A stretch of 64,000 bases of DNA, taken from positions 129,697-193,696 of the forward strand of contig JAFTMH010000002.1 in NCBI GenBank assembly GCA_017452445.1, written 5' to 3'. The position numbers were made by a program, and so were the translations under genes. Within the stretch, counting starts at the first letter, position 1; each line of letters begins with the position of its first letter. The DNA is from Clostridia bacterium. Its GTDB lineage: Bacteria; Bacillota; Clostridia; Christensenellales; UBA1242. Below the pieces are notes generated by a model. It saw only the letters and a program-made list of their open reading frames with translations. It had not been told where the DNA came from and did no database searches. Of the stretch, positions 57,028-64,000 are shown piece after piece.

Positions 57028-57726
57028 ATGAAAGATTTAAAAGAGATTTTTGCAAAATATAATATCAATGTTTCGCAAGATCAAGCAGACATGTTTGATG
57101 AATATTTCTCTATGCTTGTTGAAACAAACAAACATCTCAATCTGACAGCAATAACTGAAGAGAGAGATGTGTTGATAAAACATTTTTTGGATAGTGCTTT
57201 GCCGGAAAAAATCATTCCGCAAAATGCAACTCTTGTTGATGTTGGCACTGGTGCAGGGTTTCCTGCTTTGCCACTTAAAATTGTGAGACCTGATCTTAAG
57301 GTTTGTTTGGTTGACAGTCTCAACAAAAGAGTAAACTTTTTGAAAGATGTTTGCGACAAATTGAAGTTGCAAAATGTTTCTGCTGTGCATAGCCGTGCAG
57401 AAGATTTTGCAAAAAACAACAGAGAAAAATTTGATGTTGCTGTTGCTCGTGCAGTTGCGCAACTCAACACTTTGGTAGAATATTTGTTGCCGCTTGTAAA
57501 AGTAGGAGGAATTGCTGTAATCTACAAATCTTCAAAACTCGATGAAGAGTTGAAAGAAGCAAAGAAAGCGATAGAAATTCTCGGCGCAAAGGTTGAAAAA
57601 ATCGAAAAGATTGTTGTTGATGAAGAAAATCTCGAAAGAAATATTTTGGTGCTTAAAAAGGTTAAAAACACGCCAAGCAAATATCCAAGAGATAAAAACA
57701 AACCAAAATTGGATCCTATTAAATAG
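57028..57726 (+). CDS. rsmG: 16S rRNA (guanine527-N7)-methyltransferase RsmG (GidB)
   Basis: NLTAITEERDVLIKHFLDS and DVGTGAGFPALPLKI. Conserved position after mnmG. Confidence 0.93.
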   Translation: MKDLKEIFAKYNINVSQDQADMFDEYFSMLVETNKHLNLTAITEERDVLIKHFLDSALPEKIIPQNATLVDVGTGAGFPALPLKIVRPDLKVCLVDSLNKRVNFLKDVCDKLKLQNVSAVHSRAEDFAKNNREKFDVAVARAVAQLNTLVEYLLPLVKVGGIAVIYKSSKLDEELKEAKKAIEILGAKVEKIEKIVVDEENLERNILVLKKVKNTPSKYPRDKNKPKLDPIK

Positions 57727-57837
57727 AAAAACAACAAAAAATTATTTTAAAATGAAAAAATAAGCAAAAATAACGATTTTTTGCTTGTTTTTCTTTATTT
57801 TTTAGATGTAGATATTGTATAATTTGAAAAAGGAAAA

Positions 57838-58668
57838 ATGACTATGGGAAAAATTATTGCATTTGCAAACCAAAAAGGTGGAGTTGGAAAAACTACAACC
57901 TGTATAAATGTTGCAACATATATGGCCCTTATGGGAAAAAGGGTTTTGATTTTGGATTTGGATCCACAAGGCAATGCTACAAGCGCTGTTGGTATAACAA
58001 AAACTAAGGATCTTAAAACAATTTATGATCTTATCGGTGGCGAAAGCAACTATGATGATGTTATCAAACCAACTATAGTTAAGGATTTGTTTATCATTCC
58101 TTCAACAGTAGATTTGGCTGGCGCAGAAGTTGAATTGATTCAAATTCCACAAAGAGAAAAGGTAATTAAGAGAATTTTGGACGAAATTTCAGATAGTTAT
58201 GACTTTATTTTGATTGACTGTCCACCATCTCTTGGTTTGATTACTGTAAACGCTCTTACAGCGTCAAACAGCATTATCATTCCAATTCAATGCGAATTTT
58301 TTGCTTTGGAAGGTCTCACTCAACTTATGAACACGGTTAGATTGATTAAATATCATCTCAATCCAGATCTTGATATTGAAGGCGTTGTAATGACAATGAA
58401 AGAAAAGCGTTACAATTTGACAAATCAAGTAAGCAATGAAATCATAAAATTCTTCAACAAGAAGGTTTATTTGACAACAATTCCAAGAAATGTGAGATTG
58501 GCAGAAGCGCCAAGTCATGGTTTGCCTGTGGCATTGTATGATTCAAACTCAAAAGGTGCAGAAGCATATTTGAGCCTTGCAGAAGAAATTATGAGAAGAA
58601 ACGGAACTGCGTTTACAAGAATTTCAAAAGTAAAAAAAATAAAGTTTAAAGGGGATAATGATGAGTAG
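57838..58668 (+). CDS. soj: Chromosome partitioning ATPase ParA/Soj
   Basis: Deviant Walker A NQKGGVGKTT. DLDPQGNAT. Confidence 0.93.
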   Translation: MTMGKIIAFANQKGGVGKTTTCINVATYMALMGKRVLILDLDPQGNATSAVGITKTKDLKTIYDLIGGESNYDDVIKPTIVKDLFIIPSTVDLAGAEVELIQIPQREKVIKRILDEISDSYDFILIDCPPSLGLITVNALTASNSIIIPIQCEFFALEGLTQLMNTVRLIKYHLNPDLDIEGVVMTMKEKRYNLTNQVSNEIIKFFNKKVYLTTIPRNVRLAEAPSHGLPVALYDSNSKGAEAYLSLAEEIMRRNGTAFTRISKVKKIKFKGDNDE

Positions 58669-59602
58669 TAATAAAGGACTTGGAAGAGGTCTTGAAGCCC
58701 TCTTCGGCGTATTTGATGACAATAATGGTTATGATAACATAACAAACAAAAATACAAAAACAAACAATGGGGTTTTGGAAATTGATATAACAAAAGTAAA
58801 ACCAAACCCAAATCAACCTCGTAAAAATTTTGATCCAGATGCATTGAATGAACTTGCTTCTTCAATCAAGGTTCATGGCATTGTTCAACCTATCGTAGTC
58901 AACCAAGAAAGCAACGGCGAGTATATGATTATTGCTGGAGAAAGAAGATGGAGAGCTGCAAATATTTGTGGCTTAAAGACTGTCCCTGCAGTAGTTAAAA
59001 ACTATACAGAAAAACAAGTAAAAGAAATCAGTATTATTGAAAACTTGCAAAGAGAAGATCTCAACCCAATCGAAGCTGCAAGAGCAATTAAACAACTTAT
59101 GGACGAATATGGTCTTACTCAAGAAGTTGTTTCTGAAAGAATTGGAAAGAGTCGTTCCAACATTGCTAATACTCTTAGATTGTTGACTTTGTATCCAGAT
59201 GTAATTGATATGGTAGAAGTTGGAAAGCTGTCAGCTGGACATGCAAGATGTTTGGTAGTTGTTGAAGATCAAACAGAACAAATTAAGTTGGCTCAAATTG
59301 CAGTTTCTAAAAATTTGAGCGTGCGTGATCTTGAAAAGATGGTTAAAAACTATATGCACCCTACAAATAAGGTGGTTGTAAAGCAAGAGCAATCGTTGGA
59401 ATTGAAAGAATTGATCAATCAAATGCAAAAAACATTTGCAACAAAGGTTTCTGCAATAGGAAATGACAATAAAGGTAGAATTTATATCGACTATTACACA
59501 AGAGATGATCTTGACAGAATTGCAGAATTGCTCGAATTGCTCAATAAAAAAGAAATGACATTGCAAGATTTGCAAAACTACAACAAAAGAACTTCAAAGT
59601 AA
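58658..59602 (+). CDS. spo0J: Chromosome partitioning protein ParB/Spo0J
   Basis: GLGRGLEALF, IVQPIVV, the GERRWRA arginine patch, and an HTH. Confidence 0.93.
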   Translation: MMSSNKGLGRGLEALFGVFDDNNGYDNITNKNTKTNNGVLEIDITKVKPNPNQPRKNFDPDALNELASSIKVHGIVQPIVVNQESNGEYMIIAGERRWRAANICGLKTVPAVVKNYTEKQVKEISIIENLQREDLNPIEAARAIKQLMDEYGLTQEVVSERIGKSRSNIANTLRLLTLYPDVIDMVEVGKLSAGHARCLVVVEDQTEQIKLAQIAVSKNLSVRDLEKMVKNYMHPTNKVVVKQEQSLELKELINQMQKTFATKVSAIGNDNKGRIYIDYYTRDDLDRIAELLELLNKKEMTLQDLQNYNKRTSK

Positions 59603-59613
59603 ATTATAGAAAA

Positions 59614-59629
59614 TGTTTCACGTGAAACA
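59614..59629. other. parS site 1, a perfect 16-bp palindrome
   Basis: TGTTTCACGTGAAACA matches the Firmicute parS consensus exactly, 12 nt after the parB stop. Confidence 0.9.
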
Positions 59630-59733
59630 TTTTCTTTTTTATTGCTCTGATGAGAGAGTTTTAGTGGTTTTAGAAGTTTGAATGTCGATATGAGGTGGCT
59701 GAATTGTTTTTAAGGTTGTTTATGGCTAAAAAA

Positions 59734-59749
59734 TGTTTCACGTGAAACA
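59734..59749. other. parS site 2, a perfect 16-bp palindrome
   Basis: TGTTTCACGTGAAACA again. Both copies sit in the identical 24-nt palindrome AAAATGTTTCACGTGAAACATTTT. Confidence 0.9.
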
Positions 59750-59999
59750 TTTTTAATAAATATATCCCCAAAAAAGATTTCTAAATAAGGCAAAAAGCTG
59801 TGTTTTGGGATAAAAGCCCCATGCGCCAAGTGGTTTTTGCCATAAAAATATGCGCCAAAAATAAGAAAGAGGTTTTTAAACCAAGATAATCTAAAGTTAG
59901 ATAATTGGTTTAAAATTTGAAAAATAAATTTTTTCCACAGGTTGACCATTGATAAAAAAATAGATATAATAGTATTGTACTTAATATAGGAGGTATATA

Positions 60000-60542
60000 A
60001 TGAAAGAATTGAAAGGTACAAAAACAGAAAAAAACCTTATGGAAGCATTTGCTGGAGAAAGTCAAGCAAGAAATAAATACACATATTATGCTTCAAAAGC
60101 TAAAAAAGAAGGATATGAACAAATTGCAGCAGTATTTACAGAAACTGCAGACAATGAAAAAGAGCATGCAAAACTCTGGTTTAAAGAATTGCATGGTGGC
60201 GAAGTTCCTACAACTTATGCAAACTTGCTTGATGCAGCAGCTGGCGAAAGTGAAGAATGGACAGTAATGTATAAGAGAATGGCAGATGAAGCTAGAGAAG
60301 AAGGATTTGAAACTCTTGCTAGAAAATTTGAAGGCGTTGCAGCTATTGAAAAGAGACATGAAGAAAGATACCGTAAACTTGCCGCTCTTGTGACAGAAGG
60401 AAAAGTATTTAAGAAATCAGAAAAGAAAATGTGGATCTGCAGAAACTGTGGACATATTCATGTTGGTGACTTTGCTCCAGAACTTTGTCCTGTATGTGCT
60501 CACCCAAAAGCATACTTCCAAGTTTTTAACGAAGAATTTTAA
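60000..60542 (+). CDS. rbr: Rubrerythrin
   Basis: Ferritin-like diiron motifs (EAFAGESQARNKY, EKEHAKLW, E..H) plus the C-terminal rubredoxin CRNCG...CPVC. AGGAGG RBS. Confidence 0.93.
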   Translation: MKELKGTKTEKNLMEAFAGESQARNKYTYYASKAKKEGYEQIAAVFTETADNEKEHAKLWFKELHGGEVPTTYANLLDAAAGESEEWTVMYKRMADEAREEGFETLARKFEGVAAIEKRHEERYRKLAALVTEGKVFKKSEKKMWICRNCGHIHVGDFAPELCPVCAHPKAYFQVFNEEF

Positions 60543-60714
60543 TTGCAATTGAGTGTAGAGAGTGTTGTGCGATAGTTATGTAAATATAACATTAGTATTG
60601 TCTGTAGAGACATTTATAAAAATATTTCAAAATAATTAAATATAATAAAACAAAATGTTGACAAGACAGCCATAATTGTGTTAATATACTAGCACAAGGG
60701 TTTCTTGTCGGTAT

Positions 60715-60805
60715 GCAGAGATACTCAAGAGGTCGAAGAGGCTCCCCTGCTAAGGGAGTAGGGTTGTAAAAGGCCGCGAGGGTTCGAATCCCTCTCTCTG
60801 CGCCA
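60715..60805 (+). tRNA. tRNA-Ser (anticodon GCU), CCA encoded
   Basis: Acceptor GCAGAGA/UCUCUGC. Anticodon loop CU-GCU-AA. Long variable arm. T-arm GAGGGUUCGAAUCCCUC. Terminator near 60822-60855. Confidence 0.9.
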
Positions 60806-60915
60806 AAAAAATATTTTGGAGAAAGGTTGGTTGTTTTCTGACCTTTCTTTTTTTAATGAAACGAATTGTTTTGATAATATGTTGAAAAAAACAACTTTTG
60901 TGATATAATGACAAT

Positions 60916-61464
60916 ATGAAGATATATTTGATGAGGCATGGGACAACCATTTGGAATGAAAAAGGAATTGTTCAAGGAAGATCCAACAACAGATTGAGCA
61001 AAAAAGGTGTGTTGGAAGCAGAGAATGCTGCAAAAGAACATGAAAAAACGCAATTTGATGCCATTTTTTGTTCGCCGTTGATGAGGACGAGACAAACAGC
61101 CAAGATAATGAACAAATATCACAATATTGATATTGTCTATGATGCGAGATTGACAGAGATTGATAAGGGTGTGTTTACCGGTCGGAAAAAGAAGGACTTT
61201 TTGCCAGAAGAAGAATATCAAAGAAGCGTGCTTGATCCTAAATGCAAAATGGAAACATCTGAGCAAGTTATGGATAGATGTAAGAGTTTTTATGAAGATC
61301 TAGTTGTAAATTGTGACAAACAAAATGTTTTGGTTGTTACACATGCTGGCGTGGCAACAAGACTTGAAAGTTTGGTTTTGAAAAAAGAATTTGTTTATAT
61401 TGAAAAGAAAGATAAGAAAAATTACAAAAATGCAGAAATAAGACAGTTTTTTATTGAAAAATAA
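60916..61464 (+). CDS. Histidine phosphatase family protein (phosphoglycerate-mutase-like)
   Basis: RHG motif (LMRHGTTIWNEKG) and a second His (VVTHAGV). Extended -10 TGATATAAT at 60901-60909 ends 6 nt before the ATG. Confidence 0.8.
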   Translation: MKIYLMRHGTTIWNEKGIVQGRSNNRLSKKGVLEAENAAKEHEKTQFDAIFCSPLMRTRQTAKIMNKYHNIDIVYDARLTEIDKGVFTGRKKKDFLPEEEYQRSVLDPKCKMETSEQVMDRCKSFYEDLVVNCDKQNVLVVTHAGVATRLESLVLKKEFVYIEKKDKKNYKNAEIRQFFIEK

Positions 61465-61482
61465 AAGTTTGTGGAGGTTGAT

Positions 61483-62046
61483 ATGAAAACTGAAGTTGAA
61501 GCTAGATTGTTGGAGTGTGATGCGGAAGAAGTGCAAAAAAGATTGAAAATGGCTGGAGCAGAATTTGTGGGCGATTGGTTGCAAATAAGAAACTGTTATG
61601 ATTTTACTCCAGTAAAAGAAAAAAGTTGGATTCGCCTTCGTACAAATGGAGAAGAAACAACTTTGACTATTAAAGAAATTGCAACATCAAAAATTGACGG
61701 AACTAAGGAAAGTGAAATTGTTGTTTCTGATTTTGATGAAACGGACGAAATATTAAACAAATTGGGATATTTTGCTAGAAGTAAACAGGAAAACAGAAGA
61801 ATAAGATATATGCTTGATGGTGTTGAAGTTGACATTGATTTTTGGCCACAAATTCCAACTTATGTTGAGTTTGAGGGTGAAAGTGAAGACGCTATAAAAA
61901 GTGTATGTCAAAAATTAGAGATTGATTTCGAAAAACTTACAACAATGGATGTTTCTTCGGTGTATTTGCATTATGGAATTGATATTGAAAAGAAATCGAT
62001 TTTAGTTTTGGAAGAAGAGAGAAAAAATAAAAATAAACCGCAATAA
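61483..62046 (+). CDS. Stand-alone CYTH domain protein (CyaB/ThTPase-like triphosphate tunnel metalloenzyme)
   Basis: An N-terminal ExExK-type strand (TEVEARL), IRLR and LTIK strands, VDID..W. I prefer the ATG at 61483 (GGAGG RBS) over the GTG at 61471. Confidence 0.7.
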   Translation: MKTEVEARLLECDAEEVQKRLKMAGAEFVGDWLQIRNCYDFTPVKEKSWIRLRTNGEETTLTIKEIATSKIDGTKESEIVVSDFDETDEILNKLGYFARSKQENRRIRYMLDGVEVDIDFWPQIPTYVEFEGESEDAIKSVCQKLEIDFEKLTTMDVSSVYLHYGIDIEKKSILVLEEERKNKNKPQ

Positions 62047-62272
62047 TAAAAATTGCAAAAAAATTAACAAAAAATCGATAAAAATGCATATTTTAAAATA
62101 TTTTAATATTCGAGAAATACGAATGAAATCAATTTTTTGATAATAAATAAAAAAGAGATTTTTTCATCTCTTTTTTTGTTGTTTTTATGGTAATAAAATT
62201 ATATTTAAAATTAATTTTTTTTAAATTTATTTATATTTAACTTTTTGTTTTAACAAAGCGATTTTAGACAAT

Positions 62273-62697
62273 AAAAAAAGAAGTCCGAAAACTTCTTTAG
62301 TAGGGACACGCGGAAAGCCATGTTGTTTTTATATTCCCCATTAATCCACAAATCAACAAAAGATATGTAAGTAAATTTGTTGATCCATCAAAGCGATTTT
62401 TTTGATGAATTCAAAATATAACGAGTATATCTTGAATCTGCAATAACCATGCTCTTACAAGCAAACGTTGACAATTACTTGAACTTGTCAAGTTTTAACT
62501 GAAAATTGTTGGGTAATCAACTTTTCAGGTTTGAGATAAATCTCAGGTCAGATTATTGTTCTACTATTACCGTGAGTCGTCTTTGGCCATGGCAAACTGT
62601 GTATTTGAACATTTCAGAACAAACAGTGACACATGTAATGCAACATGATATGTTTTTCGGTCAGACTTAACACCAACCATTCAAGTGGTTAATGTCC
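62273..62697 (-). ncRNA. Structured RNA gene of about 400-425 nt. Best guess is a divergent RNase P RNA (rnpB); otherwise an unclassified large ncRNA
   Basis: The gap is ORF-free. The gene has its own promoter and terminator. A closing helix pairs GGACAU (62697-62692) with GUGUCC (62309-62304), and at least nine internal hairpins follow. RNase P-like motifs appear in the correct order: a P3-like hairpin with CUUGAA loop, CACAGU, CACGGUAA, GAUUAAUG, ACAACAUGGCUUU. The CR-I position reads GUUAAGUCU rather than GGAAAGUCC. Confidence 0.55.
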
Positions 62698-62701
62698 AAT
62701 C

Positions 62702-62730
62702 ATTTTACTATATATAAAAAATAATGTCAA
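62702..62730 (-). promoter_or_regulatory. Promoter of the structured RNA gene
   Basis: On the minus strand: TTGACA at 62730-62725, a 17 nt spacer, TAAAAT at 62707-62702. The predicted start is near 62696. Confidence 0.7.
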
Positions 62731-63101
62731 ACAAATTTCATAACTTTTTTAAAAATTTTTTAATAAGATTATTTCTTCAAAAAAATGTTTTGAAGATTTG
62801 ATTGAATGCAGAAAAAAAACAAACAATTTAAGAATGCAACAAAGAGAAACAATATATTTTATTTTTGTGAAAACAAATAGTCCAAAAACATGCAAAAAAT
62901 CGGTGTTTTTGGGCTTATTTAATGATAAACGACATATTCTTTGAGAGGTGTGGATGCCTTTGTTTATGGGCAGAAAAAATATTTTAAAATGGCATATTAT
63001 ATTGTTTATAATTTAATAATATATTTTTATTAAATATACTTTCAATTTTTTGACAAAACTGCTATAATCAAAATGTAACTTTGTGACACAAAAGGTGGAC
63101 T

Positions 63102-64000
63102 ATGGCTGGCGAAAGAAAACGAGTTGTATATTTTGATTACCTGAAAGCACTGCTTGTTTTTTTTGTTGTCGTTGGTCACGCATTGGATCCGTTTGTTGAC
63201 AATGTTGGAGCCAAAGCTTTGTTTTTGACAATCTATTCGTTTCACATGCCACTCTTTATTTTCTTGTCCGGTTATTTTGCAAAGTGGAATTGGAAGAAAT
63301 GTGTGGCTTACTTTTTGATTTACATATTTGTTTCGGCAATTTATACTGCTGTAAAACTTATTTCAACAAGCTCGACAAAAATTTCTTTCATGTCTGTGCT
63401 CAACGGGTTTATTTATCCTCAATGGACTTTGTGGTTTTTGTTGGCTATGCCATTTTGGCTGTTTACAACAAAACTTATCAAAAATGTTAAGGTGTGGCAC
63501 ATCTGTTTGGCAGTTGTTTTGACATTGGCAATAGGATTTATCCCTCTTAAAGGAACTTTTTTGACTTACAGCAGAATTTTTTATTTTATGCCAGTCTTTC
63601 TGTTTGGGCGTTGGTGCAGGCAGAACAAAGACAAGTTTTTGAAAGCAGTTGAAAAGCTGCGAAGGGTTGATGTCAAGGTTGTGTCAGCCATTATGCTGAC
63701 ATTGACTTTGGTGCTTATGCTTTTTGTTTTTAAGGATTTGAAGCACTCGTTTTTTTATGGAAATGGTCGATACAAAAATCCGATTGATCTTGTGTGGAGA
63801 ATTGTTTGTTTGCTAATTGGGGGGGGCAAACAGTTTTGCAATCATGATGCTTACGCCATATCGACAAGAGAAAATGGTCGGAAGTTGGCCAGTTTCACTG
63901 TCAAAGTTTGGAGAAAGGACTTTTTCAATATATTTGTTTCACACTCCACTTTTGATGGTGTTTAAAACATACTTGGCAGTTTATTTTGAAGCAAACCTTT
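63102..64000 (+). pseudogene. Acyltransferase-3 (OafA-like) membrane O-acyltransferase, frameshifted at a G8 tract; continues past the right edge in the corrected frame
   Basis: N-terminus YFDYLKALLVFFVVVGHAL...FHMPLFIFLSGYF is typical of acyltransferase_3. After G8 (63819-63826) the annotated frame ends at 63965. The frame one base further along (codons from 63826) reads ANSFAIMMLTPY...GERTFSIYLFHTPLLMVFKTYL, the family's C-terminal motif, and stays open to 64000. Confidence 0.75.

Noticed and set aside
59821-59858. Direct repeat ATGCGCCAA at 59821-59829 and 59850-59858, upstream of rubrerythrin. Considered as a possible operator for PerR or Rex.
   Set aside because: It matches neither the PerR-box nor the Rex-box consensus as I remember them, and a 9-mer repeated once is weak evidence.
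59710-60021. A 103 aa minus-strand ORF between parB and rbr.
   Set aside because: It overlaps the second parS site and the rbr promoter and RBS, has no RBS of its own, and gives a low-complexity translation. Probably spurious.
62273-62697. Considered tmRNA, SRP RNA or 6S RNA as the identity of the structured RNA.
   Set aside because: There is no tRNA-like acceptor/T-arm (GGUUCGAAUCC...CCA) and no tag ORF as in tmRNA. There is no SRP domain IV motif in the correct orientation. It is too long for 6S.

Overview
Origin-proximal chromosomal segment of a low-GC, Firmicutes-like bacterium using the standard genetic code. TGG is used for Trp, and TGA, TAA and TAG all terminate genes. Core content: dnaA and dnaN with a DnaA-box cluster between them, recF, rpmH-rnpA-yidD-yidC, jag-mnmE-mnmG-rsmG-parA-parB with two perfect parS sites, an rsmH/FtsL-like/PBP2B division block, T-box-controlled glyQS, an ABC-F ATPase, DegV and rubrerythrin, plus two tRNA-Ser genes. 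Main points needing a second look: (1) the first 9.1 kb is one uninterrupted minus-strand ORF of more than 3049 aa. It is absent from the ORF track only because it runs off the window edge. (2) Gene order around oriC is atypical. dnaA-dnaN looks inverted relative to recF and rpmH, and a block of about 21 kb, mostly head-on accessory genes, separates yidC from jag. (3) A 1 kb ORF-free gap holds a structured RNA gene of about 425 nt on the minus strand, with its own consensus promoter and terminator. It is RNase P-like but lacks the universal GGAAAGUCC motif. (4) A G8 tract frameshifts an acyltransferase-3 gene. (5) A zeta-like kinase gene carries one in-frame TAA. (6) Tandem transglutaminase-like paralogs, an HTH/P-loop/CYTH fusion, and several apparently leaderless genes are also present. 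No CRISPR array, transposase or integrase was seen. All calls come from reading the sequence and from remembered family motifs. No searches were run.
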